From: Balanoglossus misakiensis
Lineage: Eukaryota; Animalia; Hemichordata
NCBI GenBank assembly: GCA_040954595.2
Contig: CM082591.2
Coordinates: 124,001 to 188,000 of the forward strand
Direction: 5' to 3'
Length of the DNA stretch: 64,000 nucleotides
Both the position numbers and the translations under genes were made by a program. Numbering within the stretch: the first letter of the stretch is position 1; every line of letters starts with the position of its first letter. This document shows positions 38,999 through 53,061 of the stretch, piece after piece. A model generated the notes under the pieces. It had not been told where the DNA came from and made no database searches. It saw nothing but the letters and a program-made list of their open reading frames with translations.

Positions 38999-41900
38999 TC
39001 AGTTAATCCAGGCATATTTGAAGAAGCCATTGTTCATCCAAAAGTTACACCGAGTCGCATTAAAATGGCTTCGAAATTGAATATTATTTGATATGATGGC
39101 TGTGTTCCCAAAGTAACCCTGCCAATCTAACCAATCAATGTTGGGCATTTCAGCAGTCCTGGCAAATGTGGTCAGATAGAGCTGCATCTGATCTCGAAAC
39201 AATCTATCATTTGTGTTTGGACTTAGAATCCGACCCATGGTACCGAAAAAGGCAAACATGTCCCATCCATGGAAGGCATATTGCGAATTGGACAGTACTG
39301 GTCGACTTGGGCGGGATGTTGCCACGTATCTGTAAACCCGCGACGTGAAGGCTTCATCAGCTCGACGTGCCAAGTTATCATAGGGACAGGTGCAGCAGAT
39401 ATCTGTTGCCATGGTAGTGAACGACAGTCTGGGTGTGGAACTTTTGTCATTGGTCGGATACAACTCCAAGGCTCGATTACTGATGTCTTGTCCGAATGTT
39501 TCAAGTTTAGCTGAAGGATGGGGAAAATGTGTGACTGCCTGTCAATTGTTGAAGCATGATATAACACAACTCAGCAAAAGCAAAATAATTTCATTTTGTG
39601 ATGCAGCTGAATCTCAGATAATTTCACAAGGGATTTTACTCACAAAACCTATCAAATTGGGGTACCAAGATTAAACGTGACATAAAGACAGAGAAAATGG
39701 CTCTCGCCATCTCTGGTACTGTGCAAATCATAGCAAAATGCTGACAGTGTCCAATACATTCGCTTGTGTTAAACGAAACAACTCTGCACCTATTCTAGTT
39801 TCATACAAAGCTTGACTGACTTGTATTTCTTGAATAAGCTGAATATTTTCTATTAATGAATTAAGTCAAAGGAGAAATGTGAACATCTCACCTCTTACGT
39901 ATGTCGCGTAGTCGTCCCATGACCAATTGTCAATATCATTTGGTGTGGGGTTCAAATCTATTTCCTGTGCCACGTTACCTACCATTAAAAATAATACCTG
40001 TGTTAATGTTGATGCTAAACATATTATTAAAGTTAACATCCTTCACTGTGAGGGAATCTTAGTGGAAGGGAGTACGCGTTTACTAACCAATAACTAGTGG
40101 CACATCAATGAAGTCAAAGCTCTCCCATATTTGCAATGGTGGTGCTCTTATCAATACTCCATCCACAACAGGAATGGCTCCACTTATTTTACCATTGGTT
40201 GGCAGATCGAAGTGTGACCCATCTCCAGTCCATGATGGATATTCCTGGCCATCAGAGAAAATGAAAATGACTGAACTAAGTGCAACCGAAACAGGTGACA
40301 TGGAGTGTCTGTAAATGTGTGATCTGATTGGCCACATTTCCATGGAGTGCCCAACAATATGTGATCTGATTGGTCTGCACACCATCGCTACATCAATACC
40401 AACTGACTCCAATGCAATGTTATATGCTTTGAAATGACTTCACAATTATCCAGCACTTACATGATATGGCACAGCATTCACAACATCTACAGCAGACATA
40501 TTCATCAAACAACTGTATTCTTTATCCAGATTCTCTTTGCCATGGCATCCTGCATTCTCAACAAACTTCATATTTTCTCTGAATGCATCTTGCATGTACT
40601 TGTCATAGACACTAGATCCTGAACTCATGATGGCGCGATGAATTAAATCTGTCAGTGCAAAGAAGTGCAAAACAGCATTTTTCATTCTTTCTGTAAGCTA
40701 CAGAATTTTAGTTGCCAAACTCACTCCAAAGAGACAATTTCATTCATTTATCGCCATACCTTTGACACGTTGTGACGTCAACAAAGCGAGCAAACTGGTT
40801 CCACCAGAGCCGTGTCCGTAGACAGTCACGTGACCTGGATTTCCTCCAAAATGATGGATCTTATTGTGTATCCATTCCAATGCTGCTATTTGATCAAACA
40901 GTCCATAGTTTCCAGAAAATCCAAAATTTTGTTGGGATAACGACTCCAGGGCCATGAAGCCCATAGCACTCAGACGATAATTAAAGGTGACATGGACCAT
41001 GTTCGTGTCAACTGCAATTATTTAAAAACAAATATTGGTAGAAAGAACACACTGTACAATGGTAAAGCTTGACATGTGTTTTTCTAGATTCTAAGTCTTT
41101 ATCTCAGTTGTAGGACACTTTAGAAACTGTTTGATTTAAACTTTTGTTCAGTATGATTGACAACCAGATGATATGTTCGCTTGTACCACCTACTTGCAAA
41201 TTTGGTGTTGGGGTAGAAACCTGGTGTATTGCCACTCCCAGTCAGGAAATTCCCACCATGAATGTATACCATCACTGGTATATTTTCTGTAAGGCACAAA
41301 AGGAGGAAATACCTCACAGTAAGGAACACTGACAATAAAAATGATTGAAAAACTATTTATCGATGTTGAATTGCAGACACTGGAAGCACAAATAAATAAG
41401 TGTTCAAAACAATTTGTGTCTTGAAATTATTTCGATAGAGAAGAGAAATCAAACACGACTAGGCCAAATGTAAGCAGAGGCATAGAAAAGTCAAAATATG
41501 AAGAAATCACTATTGAAATATACACAACTCTACCCTTTTTAATTACCAACCATTTTTGTTGATAGTTGGTGTCCACACATTGATGTACAGACAGTCTTCA
41601 CTACCACTGATCTTGCCACTCAGAAGATCTTTCTGTATGCAAGGTGATTTAAAGTTGTAAGCATTGTACTGCTTGGATCCACAGTCATTGATTGTCAAGG
41701 GGACGGTCGGTTTCCATCTCAGCTCACCAACAGGGGGTTTTGCATAAGGTATTCCTACCGGTATATAACAGTAGAAAAGTGTCGAATAAACTGGCTGTAT
41801 TAAAAATATGAAGTTTGCACAACAGTCTCTTCATTTTGCCAGAATTATCACAGAAAGAAGGGTAGATGGCCATATAGAAACACACACAGCAGTATGTATT

Positions 41901-42453
41901 TAATGTGATTCAAACTTCTCTACCAATTACATGTACCAAGTACTGGTAAGCTTTCACACAAAATTGTGTATACTAATAAAGGGCAATACCTAAAACAAAC
42001 AAGCCAAAGAATTATCGGAAGGACATCTTGCATGGACATGGATTAATGTGCGAGTGTGTTTTTAGGAATCTGACTATGTGATCGAAGAGGGCGTGCTTAA
42101 AACTTCACTGAGTATATTCAGGTGGAGATTTTAATCTTCTCTGCAACAAATTACATACTTTGAACTTGTGGATATCATGACACCAAATTACATTGCAAGT
42201 GTTTATTACTTTTTGTTAATATCTCACCTTTAAAGACAAACCCACCATCATGTTTGAGCCCTTGTAGTTTATGGTCTTGACCACACCCAAAATCAATTTC
42301 AACTCTGAAATTCTGGGAAGTGTAGTAGACAACAAGCGAGATGACAAGTAATATCAAAACCAGCACTACACATAACAGAATACATTGAAACCTGGACCTG
42401 GCGTGTGCAGGTGTCTTGGTGGCACTGGCAGACTCGGCCATACCAGTTGTCAT
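38999..42453 (-). CDS. Type-B carboxylesterase/cholinesterase-family protein with N-terminal membrane anchor (neurotactin / para-nitrobenzyl-esterase-like), 572 aa from M42453
   Basis: Exons 42453-42228, 41754-41551, 41286-41194, 41011-40760, 40648-40461, 40244-40088, 39978-39892, 39510-38999, all GT-AG and phase-consistent. Motifs GIPYAKPPVGELRW, SEDCLYINVWTP, PVMVYIHGG, NYRL, GNYGLFDQIAALEW, FGGNP, PVVDG, GNVAQE, AFHGWD. Confidence 0.93.
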
Positions 42454-42880
42454 TTTTGTAATCTGTGACTGTGTGACCCTTGCTCCTGGAATCTCTGATC
42501 TGCTTTGGAAAGATATATAACATGGAAAAGAAGTAGGAAAGCATCTGCTCTGATGTTTGAAAAACTAGAACGTGACTGGCTTATTGCGATTCTAGAAAAT
42601 GACTTCATTGAAGATATTATATGGTGACTCTGACTTTGGTTGTCTTTTTCTAATTATTTAACTTTGGACTGGGAGAAGGGAGAATGTTAACAAGTAAATG
42701 CAAAGGTCAACTAGGAAGATTGACGCAGGGCAATTGATCAAACTGTCTGCTTGAGATTTCACTACAAAGATTATCAGTCTCAGATGCAAACTCTGAAGAA
42801 GACGACAAATATATTTATAATCTGACCATGAAGATTGTCTCACTCCTGACTTCATGACTTGACTAATGTAATTATCTTAC

Positions 42881-43330
42881 ATTCAAAACCTGTTCACGTA
42901 AAAATAGGCCGTTGTCGCTGATTGTGTTTTCACCCGACTGACCCGAGCTTTCAAGAGTTCCCATTCTGTTTATTGCTATGTAAATAAAGCAGAGAACCTC
43001 TCTATTGTCAGGGCCAATAACACATCTATACAGCCGAACCCACATAATGCAGAGGCTGTCATCAACCACGATATGTTGCTTCATGGAGACCAATGAAGTA
43101 ATGCAAAAACCTTGGCAGCTTTTTCAGCTGCGAAGATTGAAACCACGCAATCTGCGCAAAGAGCGTTATTTTCAGGGGGACTTTGCTAGTCGTGTCTTAC
43201 CTGCGTCTCCGGGTCTACGCTTGCGTTGACCTCGATCAGGACACACACAAAACCGAACCCACTTTATTAACAAAAGTTGCGTTTTGGTAGATACCATTAC
43301 ACGATGGGGTATAATCTCAAGTCCATCATT
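42881..43330 (-). promoter_or_regulatory. Candidate 5' exons and promoter of the esterase-like gene
   Basis: Donor CGCAG|gtaaga at 43201 in CpG-richer DNA; candidate exon 42965-42881 (aaacag|AATGGGA...GAAT|gtaaga). Confidence 0.45.
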
Positions 43331-43780
43331 AAGTGGGTAGAAAACAGAGTTGTTGCTTCATTTCAATAATGCTAATACCACCCCCAGAAAATACAATGAT
43401 AGGAAAGATGTCTGAAGTACCGGTATACTATTATATTGACGATGGTATCTTTCGAAAACGTTTGGGTCATTGGTGTATACCAATATCAGCCTTGACCCAG
43501 ATTATTATGATTTTCACACCAGGTGAGAGCGCCCTCCAGTCGTCATATAGAATACGAACACTCTGGCTAGCAAGTAAACTTTTTTCCCCTCAGGTACAAC
43601 AGATTTAATGTTTCTGTTACTGTATAGTATTGGTAAATTGTACAGCTTCATTGAAACTTTTAACATGAATAAACTGATCATGAGCTTCCATGGCCTGTAC
43701 AGATCCGTCATAGCTGCACACTGCATGATCATCTGGTAACATTTGGCGATTTCTTATGAACTTATTTGATTTGAACCAGG

Positions 43781-43794
43781 GCGCCACCTAGTGG
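43781..43794 (-). promoter_or_regulatory. CTCF consensus site
   Basis: gcgccacctagtgg = CCACTAGGTGGCGC on the - strand; weaker matches near 43530 and 44108. Confidence 0.55.
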
Positions 43795-46700
43795 CAACTA
43801 CCTCGATGTATTGGTATAACTCAATGGTTGTATCTGATCTGGAAATAACTCAGTCAATCCTAAATTTGATCTGAACCTATTGCGACGCCTAAATTCATGT
43901 CAACATCTTAGTTTACCGGGTCAGAAAGGTCAATTAGTGATAGCCATTAATTCTTTTAACATACCGTTTCACCATCATGGTTTGAATAAACAGTTCTCTA
44001 TAGAAAAATAACATGCCAGCAAATTTGGGCATTATACTGCACCATAGACATTTCTCTTGGGTCTATAACTGTGCCAATCTAAAAACTCGGTGACAGCTTC
44101 GCATGACAGCGCCCCCTTTATTTAAAAAATTGTTAGAGGAAAACCTGTGACTTTTCTTTCATATTCCATATACCGGTATAAGCTCTCTGCCGCTTTAACA
44201 ACTTACGGGTATGGCATGACATGGCATCTGTCATTAAATCACTGGAGTTGAAATTTAGCCAGCCCGACTCTTAGTAATTTGAAATTTCTAGGTGGATGAT
44301 AGTTCTGTGGTTTAAAACTCTTCAGGAACTAGACATGGACACCGGAAAAGTGTTGTTCTTGGGGAAATGGAAACCTGCATGGTGACCTTCGGATCCATCA
44401 CTGTAGAACACATGTCACTCAACAGTTGACGCATTTAAGAAACGCAAGTAGGCCGTGTCCACTGAACGAGGCAATTTCCAGAAGATTCTTGTAAAATTTA
44501 AGATGTAAAATATAGATTACTTTATCGAGGAACATAATATATTAAAGAGTACCCTAGCGATTTCGTTGGCATTGTCGAATTGCGATGTGCTAAAGGGCCC
44601 CATCTCAATATATTGGTCGGCGATGACCCTGATTACGTTAATGCAGAAACAATACTATTTGCCCTGTAGGGTCGCGCCTGGTTCTCCAGTATCAAACGAA
44701 TTGAAAACAAAATGCCAGACAGCAGAGTTTCCTTTCTCTCGTTGACCACTGTGTGATCTAAACAAATTGATGACTTCTTAAGCAACATGTAGGCTTAGGC
44801 GGGAAGATAACATGGAAACCGTGCTCGAGTGTGAAAACGTGGCTTCTTTTCATTGCGTGTACATGGAACTAAGTGTCTTCCTCAATGTTGTGTCCTATTT
44901 CGTTAGTGTTGTATGGCCACCTTTCACTGTTGACAAAGGAACTCTGCTGAGTTGTTGCACGAATCCCTTATTTTCATTTATCACACTGACCATGGTTAAA
45001 TGACGGAAAAGAACTTAAGTATCTGTACAGTATGCACGGGGAAATGAAGGATTTACTAGTACGCTGATGAAACTCTTGAGTTACAGAGATGAATTTGGAC
45101 CATGTACAGGAAATGATGGTGATCACCATTGTGCTGAGGTCGAGCATCATTCATATCAGAAGCGAAATTGGACCTAAAAGATGAACGTGGAAATGGTGAA
45201 AAAGCCAAATGACAAATCACCACAAATTGAATTTATGTGATTAGATTAATTTAATTTAGGGTTTGCAGAAAATAGTGACTCGCAATGAAGGTATAATGTC
45301 ATAGTGACAGAGTTCTTTTACTGTATACAGTTTAGTTTGGTTTATTGCTTGAAACCATCAGGGATTATTGGTATGGAATTGATTTGTAATTTCTTTCGGG
45401 TGGCTTAAAATCTAATCCCTTTGAGTCGAATCATACAGAACGTGAGAGCGCGTGAGCAGTGATGTGATTGACCTTTGGGCGTACAAGTGGTATGGTGTTG
45501 ACATAAAGTGTGAAACACTTGAAATGAAGAAACCTGATTACGGTCATGCCTCAGCTACTTGGTCATCAAATTCATGAAGTTGATGATGATTTACACATTT
45601 GAAGGAGGTAATGGTACACTATGTCATCACAAAGGTTATACTCATCAAAACCATCTCTCCCTTATGGTTGCTCTGTTCTTATTAAACAGCAGATGGTTAT
45701 ATGCCCTTCAAATTATGTCTGATATAGATTTCAATTCATCCGCGATTGATTGCAAGCACAGACAGTATAAACCATTTGGACACAGACAACTAGAAACTTC
45801 CATATAAATGAAATGCCTTTAAAGCTTTGAATTACTTGAACTGCTTAAAACTAACAACATGGTCATTCATGATTGATTTAAAACAAAGACAAACATTCAT
45901 CCAATTTGACACATTCAAGTCGAAAATGTCAGTGTAAATGAACTTGGGAAAATCACAAACGAGTACGAAATAATAATGGTTATATCAAAGTAGTTTGCTC
46001 GTTACAATAAGGCCAAGATGTTGTCTTTTTAATGTGGAGTTTATCCTGGGTCCAATTTGGTTAACAGTAAGAGAAATACAGGGCAAAGTCAAGAATAATT
46101 TCTCTTTTCCCTTCCATAACACTGTACAGGTTTACTTTGACATCACAGACAGGAAGGCGGGGGCAAAAGGAAGGGACACTTCAGGCAATGCTTGAGTTGA
46201 CAACGTGATGTGACAGGATGTTCGTACATACCCGGTACTTCATGGAAGATGACAGGGTTACAAGTAGCAAAGTTGCTGCGTGAACACCAAATGAAGAATA
46301 ACACACTTTGACCGAAAAAGATCAGATTAAGCGAGTCATACAAAATTGTGTTGCTGGCTATCTGGCGTGTGTACAGTAATTTTGATATTTTACAGAAATC
46401 AGATTGTTCCCCATTCAAGAACATCTAATCTACATTGCTATGTTATGAACCAGTATAATACAACTTACTGCTTTATTTCCATAAACTTTGTGCCAACACG
46501 TAGGCGTATTTGGACTTTATGAATTACTAAACTTTCCTCTGGTACTGGTATATGGTTTCTTTGACTTTCTCTCGGTGACAGGTAGAGAGAATCACATCAA
46601 AGCACCTAGTCATGAGCAAATGATTTACGTGTCAGAAGAAATGAAAAAGCCTCTCAAAGCGAGTGATAGTCAATCTCTTAGGAAAGCTTTAAGGTGTTCA

Positions 46701-47360
46701 CGAGACATTTCGCCTCTAACTTTGAGACGAGATGTCCCGGTATAAAGTTGTTGCCACAAACAAAGCTCAGGAGGGCTGGTGAAATTATAGAAAAGTGCAA
46801 AGGAGTAAAGTTGACAAGATGTGTCGTCCCATAGAGTGTAAAACGGGTATAATTAAACATGAAACGATGTCTCCAAAGACCTTTCATCTTTACATGACAA
46901 CTCTTCACTGGGGAATTGTGTCTTGATTTTGATCACACCAAACGATGCACTCTTCATGTGAAAGAGTTACACATGAAAAGTCAGTAATTTCGGCGCAAAA
47001 GCCTAGACCATGACAGGCTCTGTCAGATAATCGTTTTGGGGACTACTACTCTATATCCTCTCCCTCCCTCCCTCCTCACTCTCCCTCTCTCGTATTCGTG
47101 TTTAATCATGTGGGCAGAAGATTCAGTAAACAAAACCTTCTCATTCATGGGGTTCATGCTGTTGTATCACGCCTGGCTAGACAATAATTACTTCTAAATC
47201 TCCACCTCGTTCCATGATCACTTACAGAAGGTGTCTTGGGAAACTATTTATTATCTTACTCAGGAAATGGCCAGCTCTGGGACTGGTCAAGTACATCTCC
47301 GTCCTGAGAGCACACTATCTGAGTCCTTCATAGTATTGTAAATAGTGTCAGACCATACCA

Positions 47361-47462
47361 ATGTGTGTGTATGTGCGCGCACACACACACACACTCATAC
47401 ATACATGGTACATGTATGCTGACATGTATGAACGTGTGTGTGCCTACTACGCAAACACGTGT
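47361..47462. repeat. (TG)/(CA)/(TACA) low-complexity microsatellite
   Basis: atgtgtgtgtatgtgcgcgcacacacacacacactcatacatacat. Confidence 0.75.
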
Positions 47463-49604
47463 ATCATACATGGCTGCCCTTTTTGCGTATTGATGGTCTT
47501 TAAATATCACAACTTAAAATGGACAGTGTTTCAATTAACTCTTATTTGTTTTGTGATTTTTTGGTGTCAGAAATGTGTCTTTGTGGAGGGATCACCAGAA
47601 TGTGAGAATAGAATATTTATTTCATTCATAAAGAAAACATGAAACAGAAGATAATAATGGCATTTTATTTGGTGATAACCATCTGAATATTAAATTGGGA
47701 ATGGTTCTGCTAACAGTTTATGATAATTCCCAATGGATACTGCATGAATTACAATGGAACTGACCGTGTGATTAATGTCATATTTGCTTTAGAATCTACA
47801 TCTTGATGGACACAAACGCGATATTTAATATTATATGTCAATATTGAGATTATAAATGCAAGAAATGGCGTCGGAATGTAGTATCTATTTTGTGGAATCT
47901 GCCTCCGAGGAAATGGAAAATTATAAATAATAAATGAAGAATCTTGGAATATTAAATATGTATCAACTGCAACAATGTCAGTCTATATTTCACATATACA
48001 TGCCACATCTGAAGGTCGGCCTGATTGATAGGTTTGTTACATCATAATTTTAATTGCAAATGTTAATTTTAATTGCAACATTTCTTTGGCAATTCTCGCT
48101 TGTACCAGTACAATGTTTTTCTTCATGCTAGGTGGTTCAAAATTGCATTCAAATAATTACAATCATAGTAATGTCTGAGTAATATCCGATTTTCATATAT
48201 GTAACACTGTAACACTCTTTCAGCTGTTTTGTTGAAAGCAAATTGACATGTCTGGAAATGTGTATAATCATAACATTTCCGGTATTACAATCATCCTGTC
48301 CAATCATCAATCATTAAACAAAACAAAACAAATGACAATGCAACATTATACCATGAGATCAATATTGTCTTTCACAGCATGAAAAGATCTGGTTGAACAA
48401 TTGTACATTCAAATAAAACCTCCATATAATATCCATCTGAACTAGAGATAAAGAAAACAACCCAATCGGTTTCTTCTGCAGATTTAGAATTTTATTCTAG
48501 ATTGTGTTTAGTTCTGTGTTTACTTTGAGAAAACAGGATGATATTCGCAAGCAATACACACAGGTGGTTACAGTTGTTTTAAAACAAGCATGATTTATAT
48601 ATATTCCATCTATATAGGGTACTTGCTGGGTAGTTTCGCGTTTAAATGCACACTATTTTTCCATATTGTGGATCACGTAATCAAATTAGGATTTCTATCA
48701 GTGCGGTTATCATTCTATCACCCGGCGTGATTCTATGCTTGGAATATACAATCAGCTGTGCTATAATGATGTCATGGGAAAGTAGATTTCTCTCCTTTTT
48801 CGGCATGTAGCGTAAAGGCACCTTTTAAAACCTTGCCTTCGCAATTGTAAGAGTTGAATGCCTGAAACTTATGTTACTGATAAGAGTGACGCCTTTAATC
48901 AAGATCATTTAATCTGTAAATGCAACTATACCCAATCCAGTCCCTCATTAAATAAAGTTTAGCCTTATATTCTTCTTTCAAGTGTGATAAAATCAGTAAG
49001 TCAGTATCCGTGAGCCCCATCAGAATAAGACCAACTGACCATACTTAAGTGTTTTTTATGTTCCCATTAAGCACGATGTGTGCAAATGCATTCAAGACGG
49101 AAGTGAAATCACACGTCATATGGGAAGCATTCGAGTGAACATGTGTACTTGCAAGTTTCCACCTTTCTATTTACATTAAAAGATTGCAAACTTTTTCAAT
49201 AAGACATATCCCAGACGAACATGTGAAAACTCTGCCTCTCAGACAAATTGTTTGTCTTCATAATGATATTAAATTGTTCTTGTCTTGTATTCTTCCGCTA
49301 TTACATTTCCATCATCGTGATGTCGAATAACATTTTAATTTGGCAAGTTCTAACATCATTTTATGTTTATCCTTTTTTGGAAATAAATCATAGATTAAAT
49401 ATTTTCACAAGTGATGCGATGTGTAATTTCACAAGCACAGAGACTAGACAACTATGAATACAAGTGCATACAGACTATTTGATAAAAACACATCAATACC
49501 AAAGCATCATGATCTTTCTTTCTAAAACACTTTTTGGTGAAATTGTTGTATGTATGGTAGAAGCCTTGGAACATCGCAGAATTTGAAAAGGTTGTCAGTT
49601 AATA

Positions 49605-49696
49605 TGAAAAGTATAGTTTACATATGAAGCTAACAAAATGACTAGGTTTCTGAAAAGTATAGTTTACATATGAAGCTAACAAAATCACTAGGTTTC
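49605..49696. repeat. 46-bp tandem duplication (2 copies, 1 mismatch)
   Basis: tgaaaagtatagtttacatatgaagctaacaaaat(g/c)actaggtttc twice. Confidence 0.9.
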
Positions 49697-50917
49697 TCTC
49701 TGAACTTTCTTCCCTGCATATCTATTTTGCTTCTCTTCCCAAGGCGAATGTTATTCAACCTTTTTGTTTTCATTCACTGAGTTTTTAATTTCGTATCGAA
49801 CACGAGTGTGGTTAACTGATACAGGGACAAGCGATTTATCATTTCGCACATTGAATGTCTATAGAGACCCTGTATATTTAACAGCATGAACACAACACAA
49901 CCAACAACATTAACAACATCGTAGCACTGTTCTCATCGGCCTAACAACCATTTGCTGTCATCAAAGCACTACTTTGCTGTGCTTAAGTACAACGTCACAC
50001 TTACTGTTATACGCAACCTATTACTGCATTGGGCCAAATATATTCTCAAGTATCTACAGTTTGGCCTACAAGTCTGACACAGGACTGTATATGAACGTCT
50101 TGGGGCAAATATGCATACTGCCTTTGAAATCTAAATAAGCGAACATAAAGCAGAAGAATAACATATTATGCGAGTACATGTACCATAACATACCGGTACA
50201 ACAACATCGGATGATCAAAGAACATAAGTTATCGTAACTGTATTTTATTGTGCATTCATTAGTGTCGATATGGCGCATTTTTGTGATTTTGCAGTGACTG
50301 TAATAATCTAAAAATGACCATTTCTTCAAAGTTTGTAGCTGTCGTCAGCACTCTATATATCACGAAATGCATTGGGGATGACAAATGTAGTCTATTTTTC
50401 TGTCAGGGCGGAATGCTTTTTGTTCAAAGATGCCCACCTAACAACACCCATCACTTCAGTCGAAAAAAATGTCAGAACAATTTCAAGCCAGTCATATCTC
50501 GTTGAGCACACATCATCGTACCAATGATAATTCCAATGTCTGGCGCACAGTGTATTTAATCTTTGTAATTTTGACAAAGTCTTTAGATTTTCAATTTACT
50601 TCATCGGAAATACAGTTGATATTGTGAGGCTGCGTCAAAAAACTCCGGTAAATATCTTGTATAGGTGAAACACTACACCTCTTTCAATTTTCTGTCAGAA
50701 AACATAGTACGATAGATGTTACTCCCCTGGAGTGTATCATTCAAACAGAACATGACTCTATAGGCAAGTATCTTCATATCACCACTCAATAAAATTGTCG
50801 GCTTCCTGCTAAATGGGTGACCCAGCTGCTCGATGAAACTTACCCCATGGGAGATCGCGTAATCTCACTCAAAAAGTCCTTCCGATCACATGGTCCGATT
50901 AATATACGGGACAGCGC

Positions 50918-51014
50918 TATATAAACTGTGGAGACGCTGCTCAAGTGACGAGTGGACCAGAAGATACAGCGTGGTTAGGATAAGAGAAGAAACCCAAACA
51001 CACAAACCAAGAAG
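50918..51014 (+). promoter_or_regulatory. TATA promoter and short non-coding first exon of an unidentified + strand gene
   Basis: gcgcTATATAAActg at 50918-50925, then a GC-richer leader ending GAAG|gtacgt at 51014. Confidence 0.55.
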
Positions 51015-52585
51015 GTACGTTGCTCACACTTATTCAGTGATTGCATTGTAACGCATTTCTTATTACGACAATCTCAAACAGTGGCTGGCATGCATTCCAT
51101 GTTTCACAAAAAGTAATCCATCAAACAGTTGCTACTTCATGCAGCATTCCAACAAAGAAAATCGTCAAAAATAGGCATCTGAAGCAAACAGGTACAAACC
51201 TGTTGGAAGTAAAACCTTATAACCCAAAGAGTAAGTTTCTGTATCACAAAATCCAACCTGATCCCAAATTCCCTTAAGATTGTCAGTTGCAGTGAAAGAC
51301 ATCAATAGAAATATGTTAGAGAACAATCATTCAGATATCACTCATATATCACACCTTATACCTTAAAATAGTTTGATCTATTTTGTTTCAATTTCCTCCC
51401 ATCGCCACATTTGAAAGTAATTACTATAATAACAAAAAAAAATATTGAATTTAGTAGTTTTAAATATACATCCGGTTCTAATGAAAGAGAATTACGTCTT
51501 CAAGCAAAACGTTTTGTGGATTTTTATCTATACGCTTACACTTCAGTAAACTTTTACTACTTATAATTGTCTGTAAAGAAATGCATTACATCTAATAGAT
51601 ACAGTCTATGCCTTAAGGACATCACGATTTCCTCGTACTGACAAGATTTTTTCCAGTAATCGACCTGAAAATTGATACGCGAGTATTTAGCAAGATCACA
51701 TGGTTTGTGTTTTTCTACGGTGTCTGATACTGCAACTTAAAATCTGACGAATTATCTCAGCCAATAGGAGACCTTCAACCGATATGCTTTGTAGCCTTTG
51801 GGCTGATCACTAACCTCTGATAAGAGTGGCAAGCGGAGAGAAGGTTTTTCCATCAAATAATGGCACGATATTGCAGGTGTCCCGTGGCGCAACAAAGCAA
51901 TGCCTAACTAAGGATGTTTAATTTGACCCCTGATAACCGTTTATCAAATTATCGCTATTTTCTCTGCACCACTTCTGCTGAAAGTCGCGATAAATTCAAA
52001 ACGAAATTACATTATCAGCATTGCTCGCCTCTGTGCACCATCGGTGCATTGGACGTAAAGCATTAAATGCTCAACGGGCAGATTTGATGTGCCTATCCCA
52101 TAGGTATTGTGGCGTCGTTGATTGCCAGCCGTCGAACAATGTTCCGGATGAAATAAGCCGTACATGCCTCCATGAACATCACGACAAAGTTTTATCAGCA
52201 GTTTGTACGCAACCCTTTCTGTGCACATCAAGTTTTCTTGAAATTCTTGCATACATAGAAAATTCTTTCTCCGCCTTCCTTCGTTTCTAACTTATCTTGC
52301 CAACTTTGTTTTAAACTAACATGTCGTTAACAATTATAAAATAATAATAATAAAATGGGTTTGCATGAATTCCAAATTTTAGTCAAAGAGAGTTATTATC
52401 TTAGCTGCTGTATTAGACATCAGGTTTTGTGTCATCAGACTGGAGAAATCGAGATACACAGGATGATGACGACACAAAAGAAATATGTATCAAATTCATG
52501 CGTGGTCACATGATATGCGCTACAACACTACTGTGTCAATTTTTGTATAAATAACATACAGCAACGTGGTTTAAATGTATCAATT

Positions 52586-53061
52586 TCATAAACCAATATT
52601 TTCATAACTGCTAAAAATTCCATGGTTGATTGATACTGAAAGGAAACCCCATACTTTCATGTATATCACACATCCACGTCTTTCTGTATGGTGACCTACT
52701 GTGCTTGGTTTTAAGTAGCTACAGATCACCAACATTTGGAGGACCAGACAGACAAAGAAACAGTCGGTTGCGATTTTGATGTATTTACTGCCCGTTTGCA
52801 GTAAAATATCGTCCAGTTGAACAGGTTTTAAGCCTGTGCGTCGCTTTGAAGCCATAGATGCGGGAGTTGACTGATCGTGGAGGAAGCCATTGAACGACAG
52901 TTTGTTACGCGCAGAAATCGCGTGCAGAACACCAAAACAACCGAGCGGGCAATATCAGCGGGCTTTATAAACTCTTGTTATGTTATATCACTTTTTTCTC
53001 TTTGTCACCTGAGCGCGTCTCAGCCAATCACGAATACGACATAATACGTGAGGTGTAATAA
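52586..53061 (-). mobile_element. Decayed Crypton-like (tyrosine-recombinase DNA transposon) 5' fragment
   Basis: ORF MASKRRTGLKPVQLDDILLQTGSKYIKIAT...ERRG...SVSINHG resembles, from memory, the Crypton/DUF3504 N-terminus (S-x-N-T-K-x-A-T; R-K-D-G-x-x-Y; S-I-R-x-G). Its terminus resembles that of the 11161 element. Confidence 0.45.

Noticed and set aside
45064-45095. Second CUGAUGA plus hairpin as a hammerhead
   Set aside because: The hairpin is not followed by GAAA and there is no stem III or cleavage triplet
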